Source: an uncultured Pseudomonadota bacterium
GTDB taxonomy: Bacteria; Pseudomonadota; Alphaproteobacteria; Rs-D84
Direction: 5' to 3'
Assembly: GCA_946613885.1 (NCBI GenBank)
Contig: CAMOGA010000004.1
Span: 3,205-67,204 of the forward strand
Length of the DNA stretch: 64,000 bases
The notes beneath the pieces are model-generated. The model had not been told where the DNA came from, made no database searches, and saw only the letters and a program-made list of their open reading frames with translations. Positions 1 to 9,610 of the stretch are shown piece by piece; the stretch's first letter is position 1; each line of letters begins with the position of its first letter. Made by a program: the position numbers and the translations under genes.

Positions 1-683
1 TTATATTTTTTGCGTATGTGTTCAACGACCACCCTGCTCCACAAATATGATGACATATAAGATGGTTGAAAAGAACATGTTTTCCCAGAAACAGTATCCG
101 AAAAAGCAACAGATTCTAGCAATTCATTTGCAGTATATATTTTTTCCATTGATTGCATTGATGCAAAATGTTCAGGAACTAATTTTTCATATTCCAACGC
201 ATACCAAGGTATTAATTCTGCAAAACCTTCACCAAACATTTGTGCATAAAAACCAAATTGATTATGTATCAAATGCGCATATTCATGAACCAGATTTATA
301 TGACTGTTAAGTCCAATTTTGCCAGAGGCAATCATTCTGTTTTGACTTGTCCCATAAGCACTGTTAAAACTGTCAAAATCATAAGATGGGACTGGACGAC
401 CACCACCGTTGCGATTCTTATAAGGGTATCGTAATAATTCAGTAAAATTTTCATCTGGGACAATATAAACATAAAATTTTGGTTTTGCATTTGCGGAATA
501 TTTTATATTCAATTTTTTCAATTCCCGAATACATTTTTTATGTTCACCCAACATATAATCATATGTACCGCTATCAAATTTTTTAGCGATGCTTTTTGAC
601 ATACGTGCATAAAAAACACCACCAACAATGACACGCATTTCAGAATTTTTTATATATTCACGCAAAGCATCGTGTGGTTTCAT
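1..683 (-). CDS. Zinc metallopeptidase-like protein (MA clan, HEXXH...EGFAE); C-terminus lies outside the window
   Basis: Absent from the ORF track because there is no stop in the window. Manual minus-strand translation from ATG 683..681 stays open to position 1: MKPHDALREYIKNSEMRVIVGG...NLVHEYAHLIHNQFGFYAQMFGEGFAELIPWY. HEYAH followed by EGFAE about 15 aa later fits a gluzincin pattern. The ATG is 4 nt after the PFOR stop. Confidence 0.6.
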   Translation of the reverse strand, partial: MKPHDALREYIKNSEMRVIVGGVFYARMSKSIAKKFDSGTYDYMLGEHKKCIRELKKLNIKYSANAKPKFYVYIVPDENFTELLRYPYKNRNGGGRPVPSYDFDSFNSAYGTSQNRMIASGKIGLNSHINLVHEYAHLIHNQFGFYAQMFGEGFAELIPWYALEYEKLVPEHFASMQSMEKIYTANELLESVAFSDTVSGKTCSFQPSYMSSYLWSRVVVEHIRKKY

Positions 684-687
684 ATCT

Positions 688-3600
688 TTATCCTTCCCCG
701 TTGTCTTTGTTCTTTTTCACCGTGAAATTTGCAATATGTTGTTTTAATTCCGTTTTATACAAATTGTTTGCCTTGGCTTCGTTGACCAATTTATCAAAAT
801 TCGGATTAATTGAACGCGCCGCTGCAAATCGTGTTTCAGATTTCATAAATTCTTCCAACGGGAACGGCGTATCAATATGTGAATCCAAACTTAATGGATT
901 TGACCCATTTTCAATATTTGCCGGATTAAAACGATACAATGGCCACGCACCAGTATTCACTAAATTAGTTTGATGTTCCACACCATTTTGTAATGCAAAA
1001 CCGTGCGCAATACATGGGGCATACGCCAAAATAATTGATGGGCCATTAAATGCCTCGGCTTCACGGAAAGCACGCACCGCCTGGGCCTGGTTCGCACCAA
1101 TTGCAATTTGTGCGACATATGCGCCAGACATCATTGCAATTAATCCCAAATCTTTCTTGGCATGTTCTTTGCCGCCAATCGCAAATTTCATAGACGCGCC
1201 AAATGGTGTAGATTTAGATTGTTGACCACCTGTGTTTGAATATCCTTCGGTATCTAAAACCAAAATGTTCACATTTTCACCACTGTGTAAAATATGATCG
1301 ACACCACCATATCCAATATCGTATGCCCAACCATCGCCACCAACAATCCACACAGATTTTTCCACAATTGCATCCAATAAAGATTCTGCGTATCTGGCAC
1401 GCGGATTATCTATTTTTGATAATTGATTATGCAAAGAAACCTGAATTTCACGTTGACGCGTTGTATCACGTTCAGCCAGCATATTATCAACGCTTTCAAT
1501 TCCCAATTCAAACAACACAGAACGCAACGCAGCGCGACGCTGATTCAAAGCGATTCGCATTCCCAGACCATATTCTGCATTATCTTCAAATAATGAATTA
1601 GACCACGCCGGTCCGCGACCGTTCGAATCACATGTCCATGGTGTTGTTGGTAAATTTCCACCATAAATAGAAGAACATCCTGTGGCATTTGCAACAACCA
1701 TTTTATCGCCAAATAATTGTGCCATCAAACGAACGTATGGTGTTTCACCACATCCAGCGCACGCCCCAGGAAATTCAAAATAATGTGGCAATAATTCAAC
1801 ATGTTTTGGAATATTCAAATTTAATTTTGATTTATCAAAATCAGGTATCTTTAATGCCGCATCAAATGCATCTTGATTTTTTATACCCTCGTTCATTGGA
1901 ATCATTGTCAATGCACCAACTGGACAATTTTTCATACATAAACCGCATCCCGTGCAATCAGATGGCGATATATTTAATGTGTAAAATAACCCAGCCCCTA
2001 ATTCAGGCGTTTTCATTGGAACAACAGTTATACCGTTTGCACGTGCGCGTTCCATTTCAGATTCGTTCATTACTTTGATTCTGATTGCGCCATGTGGACA
2101 CAGCATTGAACATTTTCCACATTGAATACATTTTGTTAAATCGCATGTCGCAACACGATTTGCAATTGCACGTTTTTCATATTTTGACGTTCCAATTGGA
2201 TATTGCCCTGCCCCAAATGTTCCGTCTAATTTGAAACGAGATACCGGGATTTCATCACCACGACCCGCCGCCATTTCACCCAAAGTTCCAGCGATTTCTG
2301 CCGGGGTATTTAATGTCATTGCCGGGATAAAATCTGGTGCAAATTCAGAAACAGATGATGGTAAATCATATTTTTTCAAATAAGATTCTGCCCTGTCCAC
2401 TGCCAACCAGTTTGCATTAACAACATCCATACCCTTTTTACGATAAGTTTTTTCAATTGCTGCCTTGGCTGCATCTTTGGCTGTATCAGGATTTATCACG
2501 TGCGTTAAATTAAAGAAGTTTAACATTATAAACGTATTAATACGATTTCCCAATCCCAGTTCGTTGGCCGCAGAATTTGCATCTAAAAAGTAAACATTGG
2601 CACGCATACGAATAAGATGTTCTTGAACCGATTTTGGTAAATTAGCAAATGCTTCATCTGGATTTAAAGATGTGTTTATCATGACCGTGCCACCCGCACG
2701 CAAAGCAGAAAAAACATCAAATCTTTGTGCAATCATAAAATTAGATACAGATATAAAATCGGCACTGTCCACCAAATATTCACTGCGTATCGGTTTTTCA
2801 GAAAAACGAATATGTGATTGTGTCACACCGCCTGATTTTTTAGAATCATATACTGCATACGATTGTGGATATAAATCAGAATTTTCCCCGACAATTTTCA
2901 CTATGTTTTTTACCGCCCCAACAGTGCCATCACTGCCAATCCCATACAAAATCGCGGTTTTAACATCTGGATTTTCAATTGTAAATGTTTTATCCACATC
3001 CAAAGACAAATGCGACAAATCATCATCAATACCAACTGTGAAATTATGATGTAAATTGCCACGCATCATATATTCAACAATTGCACGTACATCACGTGGT
3101 TTAAATTCTTTGGACCCCAAACCATAACGCCCACCAAACACAGGTATTTTTGAATCAACGATATTGCGAACATTTTGATACAAGGGTTCACCAATACTGC
3201 CCGCCTCTTTCGTTCTGTCCAAAACAGCAATCTGTTCGACACTTTTTGGCAAAACATTTAAAAATGCATCCACAGGGAAAGGATTAAACAGATGAACACA
3301 AATTAATCCAACGCCAGATGGTAAATAATCCAATGTTTCCGCAATTGTTTCACATGACGAACCCATTGACACAATTACATACTTTGCATTTTTATCACCA
3401 ATATAATCAACCACATTATATTGACGACCTGTTAACACAGCAAATTTATTCATGGTGTCTTGGACAATTTTAGGGATGGCATCATAGGATAAATTTACGG
3501 CCTCGCGCCCTTGGAAATAAACATCTGGATTTTGCGCAGTCCCACGAATTTTTGGATTATCAGGGGTCATACCACGTTCACGATTTTGTTTAACCAAATC

Positions 3601-4185
3601 GTCAGGTATTAATTCACGCAAAACATCGTCATCAATTCGTGTTAATGCTGATTCTTCGTGACTGGTTCTGAAACCATCAAAGAAATGCAAAAACGGGACA
3701 CGCGCACGTAATGTTGCGCTGTGTGCAATTGCCGCCATATCATGTGCCGCCTGGACATTATGGGATGACAACATGGCAAATCCAGTTTGACGAACCGCCA
3801 TAACATCACTGTGGTCGCCAAAAATCGATAAAGCATGTGTTGCCAGTGCACGTGCCGCAACATGCATAACAAAAGGTGTTTGTTCACCGGCAATTTTATA
3901 CATATTTGGTATCATTAACAATAAACCCTGGGATGCGGTAAACGTTGTTGATAAAGCCCCCATTTGTAATGCGCCATGTAATGCCCCGGCAGCACCCGCC
4001 TCTGATTGCATTTCGATTATTTCTGGAACAACACCCCATATATTTTTCTTGTGCTGAAAAGACCATTCGTCTGCCAATTCACCCATGGTAGAACTGGGGG
4101 TAATTGGGTAAATTGCCGCACAATCAACACAACGATACGCAACATCGGCCGCCGCCCAATTTCCATCAACAATCAATTTAGACAT
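688..4185 (-). CDS. nifJ: Pyruvate:ferredoxin (flavodoxin) oxidoreductase, single-chain PFOR
   Basis: Long ORF with two 4Fe-4S motifs (CIQCGKCSMLCP, CTGCGLCMKNCP) and a C-terminal TPP motif (GGDGWAYDIGYGG). The track start at 4200 is TTG. ATG at 4185 (MSKLIVDGN) has a GGGGA Shine-Dalgarno about 9 nt upstream. Confidence 0.95.
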   Translation of the reverse strand: MSKLIVDGNWAAADVAYRCVDCAAIYPITPSSTMGELADEWSFQHKKNIWGVVPEIIEMQSEAGAAGALHGALQMGALSTTFTASQGLLLMIPNMYKIAGEQTPFVMHVAARALATHALSIFGDHSDVMAVRQTGFAMLSSHNVQAAHDMAAIAHSATLRARVPFLHFFDGFRTSHEESALTRIDDDVLRELIPDDLVKQNRERGMTPDNPKIRGTAQNPDVYFQGREAVNLSYDAIPKIVQDTMNKFAVLTGRQYNVVDYIGDKNAKYVIVSMGSSCETIAETLDYLPSGVGLICVHLFNPFPVDAFLNVLPKSVEQIAVLDRTKEAGSIGEPLYQNVRNIVDSKIPVFGGRYGLGSKEFKPRDVRAIVEYMMRGNLHHNFTVGIDDDLSHLSLDVDKTFTIENPDVKTAILYGIGSDGTVGAVKNIVKIVGENSDLYPQSYAVYDSKKSGGVTQSHIRFSEKPIRSEYLVDSADFISVSNFMIAQRFDVFSALRAGGTVMINTSLNPDEAFANLPKSVQEHLIRMRANVYFLDANSAANELGLGNRINTFIMLNFFNLTHVINPDTAKDAAKAAIEKTYRKKGMDVVNANWLAVDRAESYLKKYDLPSSVSEFAPDFIPAMTLNTPAEIAGTLGEMAAGRGDEIPVSRFKLDGTFGAGQYPIGTSKYEKRAIANRVATCDLTKCIQCGKCSMLCPHGAIRIKVMNESEMERARANGITVVPMKTPELGAGLFYTLNISPSDCTGCGLCMKNCPVGALTMIPMNEGIKNQDAFDAALKIPDFDKSKLNLNIPKHVELLPHYFEFPGACAGCGETPYVRLMAQLFGDKMVVANATGCSSIYGGNLPTTPWTCDSNGRGPAWSNSLFEDNAEYGLGMRIALNQRRAALRSVLFELGIESVDNMLAERDTTRQREIQVSLHNQLSKIDNPRARYAESLLDAIVEKSVWIVGGDGWAYDIGYGGVDHILHSGENVNILVLDTEGYSNTGGQQSKSTPFGASMKFAIGGKEHAKKDLGLIAMMSGAYVAQIAIGANQAQAVRAFREAEAFNGPSIILAYAPCIAHGFALQNGVEHQTNLVNTGAWPLYRFNPANIENGSNPLSLDSHIDTPFPLEEFMKSETRFAAARSINPNFDKLVNEAKANNLYKTELKQHIANFTVKKNKDNGEG

Positions 4186-4279
4186 TTTTTTATTCCCCAA
4201 TTTTTTAATATTATTCTGTTCTGTGCGAATACTAGCGCGTTTGTAATTTTAAGGCAAGATGATATTTTTAATAAAAATA

Positions 4280-4307
4280 TTGACAATTATTTATTTTGTG
4301 TTATTAT
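4280..4307 (+). promoter_or_regulatory. Predicted sigma70-type promoter (TTGACA-16-TGtTATTAT) for the ClpP-like gene
   Basis: TTGACA at 4280-4285 and extended -10 TGTTATTAT at 4299-4307, about 30 nt upstream of ATG 4337. Confidence 0.45.
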
Positions 4308-4336
4308 TTTGCATAAATACTCAAAAAGGTGTTATT

Positions 4337-5002
4337 ATGGCAAAAGATTTAGAAAACATTATGGATGGAAACAACGTTTTTTTGTCCACTGAAATAAACC
4401 AAGCATCAACAAACGGTGTAATTGTTCAATTAACCAAATGGGTTAATGCATTACCGATTATAAAACCATCAGAAAATTCTGGTTGGAAAATTTATACACC
4501 ATATGAAACGATACCAAATGATATTCCTGTATTAAATATATGGATTAATTGTTGTGGCGGAAAAACAAATTTAAGACACTCTTTGTCTACATTGTTAAAT
4601 ATTGCTTCTGCACGTGGAACAATCGTAAAAACATATAATTTGCGTCAGGCCAGCAGCAGCGCCAGTATGATTGCAATATCTGGAACACATGGATACAGAT
4701 ATATGGCGCAAAATGCGTTTAATTATATTCATTTTGGAAACAAATCCAGTGAAGTATCACACCAAGACGAAATAGAATACGCAACACGTGATTTGAAAAA
4801 TTTCGGACAAGAATCTTTGGATTTATACCTGAATCGCACAAAATTAACCCGCAAAGAATTAAACAAATACTTCACCACAGAAGGTTCTGGGTATTTAACA
4901 GCAGAACAATGTTTGGACAAGGGATTGTGTGATTGGGTCATAACAAATGATGGTCGTTTTGTTAACAGTGTTTTGGAATTAAAGAATCAAAATCAAAAAT
5001 AA
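4337..5002 (+). CDS. Divergent ClpP/S14-family protease paralog (orphan)
   Basis: LNIWINCCGGKTN...QASSSASMIAISG...NYIHFG aligns with the bona fide ClpP in this window (ISLYINSPGGEVY...GVVASMASVLLAAG...VMIHQP). ATG 4337 follows an AAAGGTG SD. The upstream part of the track ORF overlaps the promoter. Confidence 0.7.
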   Translation: MAKDLENIMDGNNVFLSTEINQASTNGVIVQLTKWVNALPIIKPSENSGWKIYTPYETIPNDIPVLNIWINCCGGKTNLRHSLSTLLNIASARGTIVKTYNLRQASSSASMIAISGTHGYRYMAQNAFNYIHFGNKSSEVSHQDEIEYATRDLKNFGQESLDLYLNRTKLTRKELNKYFTTEGSGYLTAEQCLDKGLCDWVITNDGRFVNSVLELKNQNQK

Positions 5003-5028
5003 AACAGGAAAAATCATGACAAAAGATA

Positions 5029-5052
5029 CAGGGCATAACGCCCTGTTCTTTT
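5029..5052 (+). terminator. Rho-independent terminator after the ClpP-like gene
   Basis: Hairpin CAGGGC-ataac-GCCCTG (5029-5045) followed by a T-rich run. Confidence 0.5.
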
Positions 5053-6501
5053 TTATTTCTTTTTGTTATCTGATTTTTTTTCGTCTTTTGTTTCTTCTTT
5101 CTTTGAATCGTCTGATACTTTTTCCAAATTCTTTTTTCCAACCTTAGACAAAGCACGAACCATATCCATCGCACGTTGCAATTGATAATCACGCGCATCT
5201 TTTTCTTCATCAGTCAAATTCAAATAATCTTCATCGTCTTCTTCTTCATCATCTTTATCAGATTTTTTCGTATCTTTTTTCTTGGTTGCATCTTTTTTCT
5301 TGTCCGAAGCATCATTTTTTAATGAATTGTTAAATGTTGCCTCAGTAAATATAGATTCCTTCTTTTCCAATGTTTTCAATTTACTCTGTAATACCTCTAT
5401 ATCTGGTGTGATGCCTTCATTTTGGATTGAACGACCACTGGGTGTGTAATAACGTGCAATTGTTATATGTATCGCCGATCCATCGCCCAATGCCTTTTGT
5501 TGTTGCACAGAACCCTTGCCAAAACTTTGCGATCCCATAACAATACCACGTCCGTTATCTTGTAATGCGCCCGCCACAATTTCAGATGCAGATGCCGAAC
5601 CATGATTAATCAAAACGACCACCGGTTTACCATTTATCAAATCACCAGGTTTTGCAAACATACGTTCAATATCAGATTTTTCACGTCCACGTGTTGATAC
5701 AATTTCACCACCGTCTAAAAATGCATCAGACACATCGACCGCCGCAGTCAAATATCCACCCGGATTATTGCGTAAATCCAAAACGTAACCTGCAACATTT
5801 TTCTTTTCTAAATCTTTGATTGCATCCTTTAATTCTTTGGATGTTGTCGCACCAAAATCCGAAATTCTTAAATAACCGATTTTTGGTAATTTATCATCAT
5901 CATTTGCAGCATTATCAGATTTTTCGCTGAACTTGACAGATTTGACCTTGATAATTGCACGCTTTAACGTAATATCTTTGGGTTCATCGCCTTCGTGAAC
6001 AATGGTTAATTTTACCTTGGTTCCGGGTTTACCCTTCATTTTTTTAACCGCCTGATTCAGATTCATATCAAAAACCTGTTCCCCGTCAATATGGGTAATA
6101 TAATCACCCGCCTTGATACCCGCCTTTTCCGCAGGGGTATCATCAATGGGCGAAATAACACGTATTGCGCCTTTGTCACTGGTTATCTGGATGCCCAGAC
6201 CACCAAATTCACCGGATGATTTATCGTTAAATTCTTTGAAATCTTCGGACGATAAATAAGAAGAGTGAGGATCCAACGCCGCCAACATACCATTCATGGC
6301 ACCTTCTAGCATCTTTTTTTCATCGGCCTCTTCCACAAATTTTTCACGGGCAATTTCAAATACAGCCGCCAATTTTTTTAATTCATTATAAATTTGTTCG
6401 TCAGTTAAATGAACAACAGGTTCATCTTGCTTGTTTTTTTGTGCACCGTCCGCAATTAATGGGGTTAATAAAACAAAAACAATCAATAACTTTTTTAACA
6501 T
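5053..6501 (-). CDS. ctpA: Carboxy-terminal processing protease (S41) with PDZ domain and long K/D/E-rich tail
   Basis: Signal peptide, PDZ segment (GIKAGDYITHIDG), S41 core (LINHGSASASEIVAGALQD...SFGKGSVQ). Confidence 0.9.
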   Translation of the reverse strand: MLKKLLIVFVLLTPLIADGAQKNKQDEPVVHLTDEQIYNELKKLAAVFEIAREKFVEEADEKKMLEGAMNGMLAALDPHSSYLSSEDFKEFNDKSSGEFGGLGIQITSDKGAIRVISPIDDTPAEKAGIKAGDYITHIDGEQVFDMNLNQAVKKMKGKPGTKVKLTIVHEGDEPKDITLKRAIIKVKSVKFSEKSDNAANDDDKLPKIGYLRISDFGATTSKELKDAIKDLEKKNVAGYVLDLRNNPGGYLTAAVDVSDAFLDGGEIVSTRGREKSDIERMFAKPGDLINGKPVVVLINHGSASASEIVAGALQDNGRGIVMGSQSFGKGSVQQQKALGDGSAIHITIARYYTPSGRSIQNEGITPDIEVLQSKLKTLEKKESIFTEATFNNSLKNDASDKKKDATKKKDTKKSDKDDEEEDDEDYLNLTDEEKDARDYQLQRAMDMVRALSKVGKKNLEKVSDDSKKEETKDEKKSDNKKK

Positions 6502-6530
6502 TTCAAATACCTTTTCTAATCACATGTAAA

Positions 6531-7004
6531 CTAGCTATTTTTTCTGCGTCTGAATTCATCCAAAGACACAACACGTTTATCATCTGGGACAGTTCCCGGT
6601 TTTTCTTCCAATGGCAATTCAATATTTTCTTCCACTTTGGGTGTTGGTGTTGGCTGATTTGGTTGAAAAGACAGCATAAAATCAACCGATGGATCTTTGA
6701 ATTCTACCAATGCAGAAAACGGTACACGTATAAAAAACGGCCGACCATCAAAAGTTAATTGAACGCCAAATTCTTTATCAGATACATTTAAATTATTATA
6801 CGAATATTGCAATACTATCGTCATTAAATCTGGATAACGCATACGCAAAAAATCCGGCAATACTACACCTGGATCGCGCGTCTTAAATGTGATAAAAAAA
6901 CTGGCATCATCACCCAACCCATTGAATTGTGCGTGGATTAATGCCTCTTTTACAACAGATTTCAATGCGTTATCTAACAATTGTTTATAATTTATTTTTG
7001 CCAT
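6531..7004 (-). CDS. sspB: ClpXP adaptor SspB (alphaproteobacterial type)
   Basis: FFITFKTRDPGVVLPDFLRMRYPDLMTIVLQ and VPFSALVEFKDPSVDF resemble my recollection of Caulobacter SspB-alpha (not alignment-checked). The start is 2 nt after the recF stop. Confidence 0.75.
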   Translation of the reverse strand: MAKINYKQLLDNALKSVVKEALIHAQFNGLGDDASFFITFKTRDPGVVLPDFLRMRYPDLMTIVLQYSYNNLNVSDKEFGVQLTFDGRPFFIRVPFSALVEFKDPSVDFMLSFQPNQPTPTPKVEENIELPLEEKPGTVPDDKRVVSLDEFRRRKNS

Positions 7005-7006
7005 GA

Positions 7007-8086
7007 TTAATCTCCGTTCCTTACTATATTACTTATCATCCCATTTTGGCAAGTGACAAATAAAGATTCAGGAATATTTTCAAAAGTTTTTATATCTAAA
7101 CCCGTGGCCCATACCTGAGATTCCAGTTTGTTCAGCGCATCAAACATTTTTTCGCGCGCACCAATATCCAGATGCGAATCTGCCTCGTCCAGCAAGATAA
7201 TTGGACGTGCGCCTGTTTTTATATGTATTAATTTTGCATGTGCCAAAATCAAATCTAATAATACTGATTTTTGCTGGCCAGTAGATGTTATTTGTGCCGG
7301 TAATTTTAACAGTTTATTAAAAACGCCAAAATCAGATTTATGCACACCATCAATGACCATTTTGTCGCCAATTAAATTTCTATTATTTTGTAAATATTCA
7401 AAATATGCGTTTTCCACCATCGTTGCAGATTTTTCCAACAACATATTTTCCAACATACCGTTAACCGATACCGCACCTGTTTCAAAAAAATAATTTATTT
7501 CACCAGCATACCTTATTCGGCCGGCTGCAATTGAAACAGATATTGCCGCAATCTGTTTATCAATCGCATTTAGCCAATTATTATCACCACCGTTTTTTAT
7601 TACCCCACCCCGCTCAGATAACAATTTATTTAAATGTGAAATATGTCCAATGTGCGATGGTTCAAAACTGGTTATCAAATGGTCAAAAAAAGCCCGACGT
7701 TCAGATACACCATCCATAAAAATTCTGTCTTCGCGCGGTGTTAACCAGACAATACGTAAATTTTTTGATAATTCTGACAAAGGAACATTTTCATTATTTA
7801 TTTTTGCACGCCGATTCGAATCCCCACTGTTCATCGATACACATATATCATTTTCATCAGATGTCGTCACAAAAACCGAAAAACCACCATCACCATCAAA
7901 TCGTGCCAATGTTTGAATATCTGCGCCACGCAAACCACGTTCACCAGATAATAAAGATATTGCTTCCAATATCGCAGTTTTACCGGCACCGTTTAATCCG
8001 GTTATAATAATATTTTTCGCCCCATCTATTTTAATTCTGGAAACAGCATGATTGCGGAAATTAGTAAGGGTTATTTGTTCTATCAT
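7007..8086 (-). CDS. recF: DNA replication/repair protein RecF
   Basis: Walker A GLNGAGKT, SMC-like signature and Walker B ILLDEADSHLD. The track ORF (GTG at 8176) reads through the tRNA. ATG at 8086 (MIEQITLTNFRNH) is the plausible start. Confidence 0.9.
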   Translation of the reverse strand: MIEQITLTNFRNHAVSRIKIDGAKNIIITGLNGAGKTAILEAISLLSGERGLRGADIQTLARFDGDGGFSVFVTTSDENDICVSMNSGDSNRRAKINNENVPLSELSKNLRIVWLTPREDRIFMDGVSERRAFFDHLITSFEPSHIGHISHLNKLLSERGGVIKNGGDNNWLNAIDKQIAAISVSIAAGRIRYAGEINYFFETGAVSVNGMLENMLLEKSATMVENAYFEYLQNNRNLIGDKMVIDGVHKSDFGVFNKLLKLPAQITSTGQQKSVLLDLILAHAKLIHIKTGARPIILLDEADSHLDIGAREKMFDALNKLESQVWATGLDIKTFENIPESLFVTCQNGMISNIVRNGD

Positions 8087-8096
8087 TTCAAGTAAT

Positions 8097-8170
8097 TGGA
8101 GGCCAGGGTCGGAATCGAACCGGCATCCAAGGATTTGCAGTCCTCTGCATAACCACTCTGCCACCTGGCC
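8097..8170 (-). tRNA. tRNA-Cys (anticodon GCA)
   Basis: Reverse complement GGCCAGGTGGCAGAGTGGTTATGCAGAGGACTGCAAATCCTTGGATGCCGGTTCGATTCCGACCCTGGCCTCCA. It has a 7-bp acceptor stem, anticodon loop CUGCAAA, T-loop TTCGATT, discriminator U73 and encoded CCA. One C-A mismatch in the T stem. Confidence 0.9.
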
Positions 8171-8184
8171 ACTCACACGGGGGT

Positions 8185-8213
8185 ATATTAAGCAAAAAAA
8201 AAATTAATTGCAA
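8185..8213 (-). promoter_or_regulatory. Predicted promoter of tRNA-Cys (TTGCAA-17-TAATAT) with GC-rich discriminator
   Basis: Minus strand: TTGCAA (8213-8208), 17-nt spacer, TAATAT (8190-8185), then ACCCCCCG before the tRNA 5' end. Confidence 0.4.
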
Positions 8214-8290
8214 CATAAAAATTTCATCCCCCAAACAATGAATTTGTTCCGATGTTTTTTACCCAGCAAAAGGCGTAATCTATAAAAGTT

Positions 8291-9610
8291 ATGAATAAAT
8301 TTTTTATATGTTTTTGTTATATACTGTTTCCCTTATTCGCCGTTGCAAACGACAATTGTGCCAGTTTGCATAAAATCCCAGACAAACAAATGTCTTTGAT
8401 TGATGTTGTTAATATGGGATTGTGTCGTAATCCGCGAACCAGCGCAGCATATGCAGCATTACAATCTGCAAGATATACAAAAAATGCGGCACATTCTTAT
8501 TATTTACCGTCCGTATCTGGGCATGCCGGTGCGAATCGTTCACACACCGAACACGATGATTGGAATTATACTGCATCATTATCTGCATCATATTTGATTT
8601 TTGATTTCGGCAAACGTGAATCTGATTTTGCACAGACACTGGCAACATATCGCGCGGCAGGTTTTGATTACGATGAAACAATTCAAAATTTTATTTATTC
8701 ATTGGTTGGTGCTTATTATGCTCTGTTAAATGCAGATGCAGATGTTGTTGCCGCACAATCTGCTTTAACTGTGGCACAAACTGCAAAAAATACCGCAGAT
8801 AAAAAATATAAATCTGGTGTTGTTGCAAAATCCGATGTGTACAAAGCAGACACCACATTGGCTTCGTCACAATTGGCATTAGAACGTGCAAAAAACAATC
8901 GTAAAATTACTCAGGCAAATTTATTAAACCTGATGTCGTTTTCGGCAGACCAAAATATAAAAATCAAAGACATGCCCGCAACATTTGGTTCAGATGCAGA
9001 AAGTGAAAACATTGATACATTAATAAAAATTGCACGTGAAAAAAGACCAGATTTATTAAAAGCAAAATCACAAACCAATGCCGCATGGCATCGCAGGAAC
9101 AGTGCATTTTTGAAAAATCTGCCATCAATATCTGTTAATGGGGACATTGGCACCACAGATAAAACCGTGGGTGGAATGTTTGATAATATGTCTTTGAAAA
9201 CCAAAGGCAATTTTGGTGTGTCTGTATCCATGCCTATTTTTACTGGTTTTTTAAATTATTATAACGCACGTTCTGCCGGTGCAGATTATGAAAATATGAA
9301 ATATAACGAACAAAACGTATCAAACAATGCGATGATGGACGTATTTACTGCGTATCAAAATTATAAAACAGCACAAACAGTATTAACACAAACCAAAACA
9401 TTATTAAAATCTGCAACGGAAAGTGAACGCGTGACTGCTGGGATGTATCGGGTTGGTCGCGCAACAATGTTAGATTGGCAAACCGCCCAATCTGAATTAG
9501 TGAACGCACAAAAAGAACATAATTCTGCGAAATACGATTTATTTATTAAACGTGCCGCGGTTGCATTGGCTATTGGCGATATAAAAAATGGAATAAAGGA
9601 TAATAAATAA
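8291..9610 (+). CDS. TolC-family outer membrane efflux channel
   Basis: Signal peptide plus two coiled-coil/beta repeats typical of OEP/TolC. Overlaps the next gene by 1 nt. Confidence 0.85.
   Translation: MNKFFICFCYILFPLFAVANDNCASLHKIPDKQMSLIDVVNMGLCRNPRTSAAYAALQSARYTKNAAHSYYLPSVSGHAGANRSHTEHDDWNYTASLSASYLIFDFGKRESDFAQTLATYRAAGFDYDETIQNFIYSLVGAYYALLNADADVVAAQSALTVAQTAKNTADKKYKSGVVAKSDVYKADTTLASSQLALERAKNNRKITQANLLNLMSFSADQNIKIKDMPATFGSDAESENIDTLIKIAREKRPDLLKAKSQTNAAWHRRNSAFLKNLPSISVNGDIGTTDKTVGGMFDNMSLKTKGNFGVSVSMPIFTGFLNYYNARSAGADYENMKYNEQNVSNNAMMDVFTAYQNYKTAQTVLTQTKTLLKSATESERVTAGMYRVGRATMLDWQTAQSELVNAQKEHNSAKYDLFIKRAAVALAIGDIKNGIKDNK

Noticed and set aside
4201-4336. Track ORF start at 4259 for the ClpP-like gene (hydrophobic MIFLIKILTIIYFVLLFC leader that could be taken for a signal peptide)
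   Set aside because: That stretch coincides with the predicted TTGACA/-10 promoter and is AT-rich non-coding-like sequence. ATG 4337 has an SD and aligns with the start of ClpP homology.
8097-8170. tRNA-Cys as an integration site for a genomic island
   Set aside because: No integrase, direct repeat of the tRNA 3' end or other mobility genes are nearby. Core genes (recF, sspB, ctpA) lie downstream.
8087-8176. N-terminal extension of the recF ORF (track start at 8176, GTG)
   Set aside because: The extension is the reverse-strand reading of tRNA-Cys. The true recF start is ATG at 8086.
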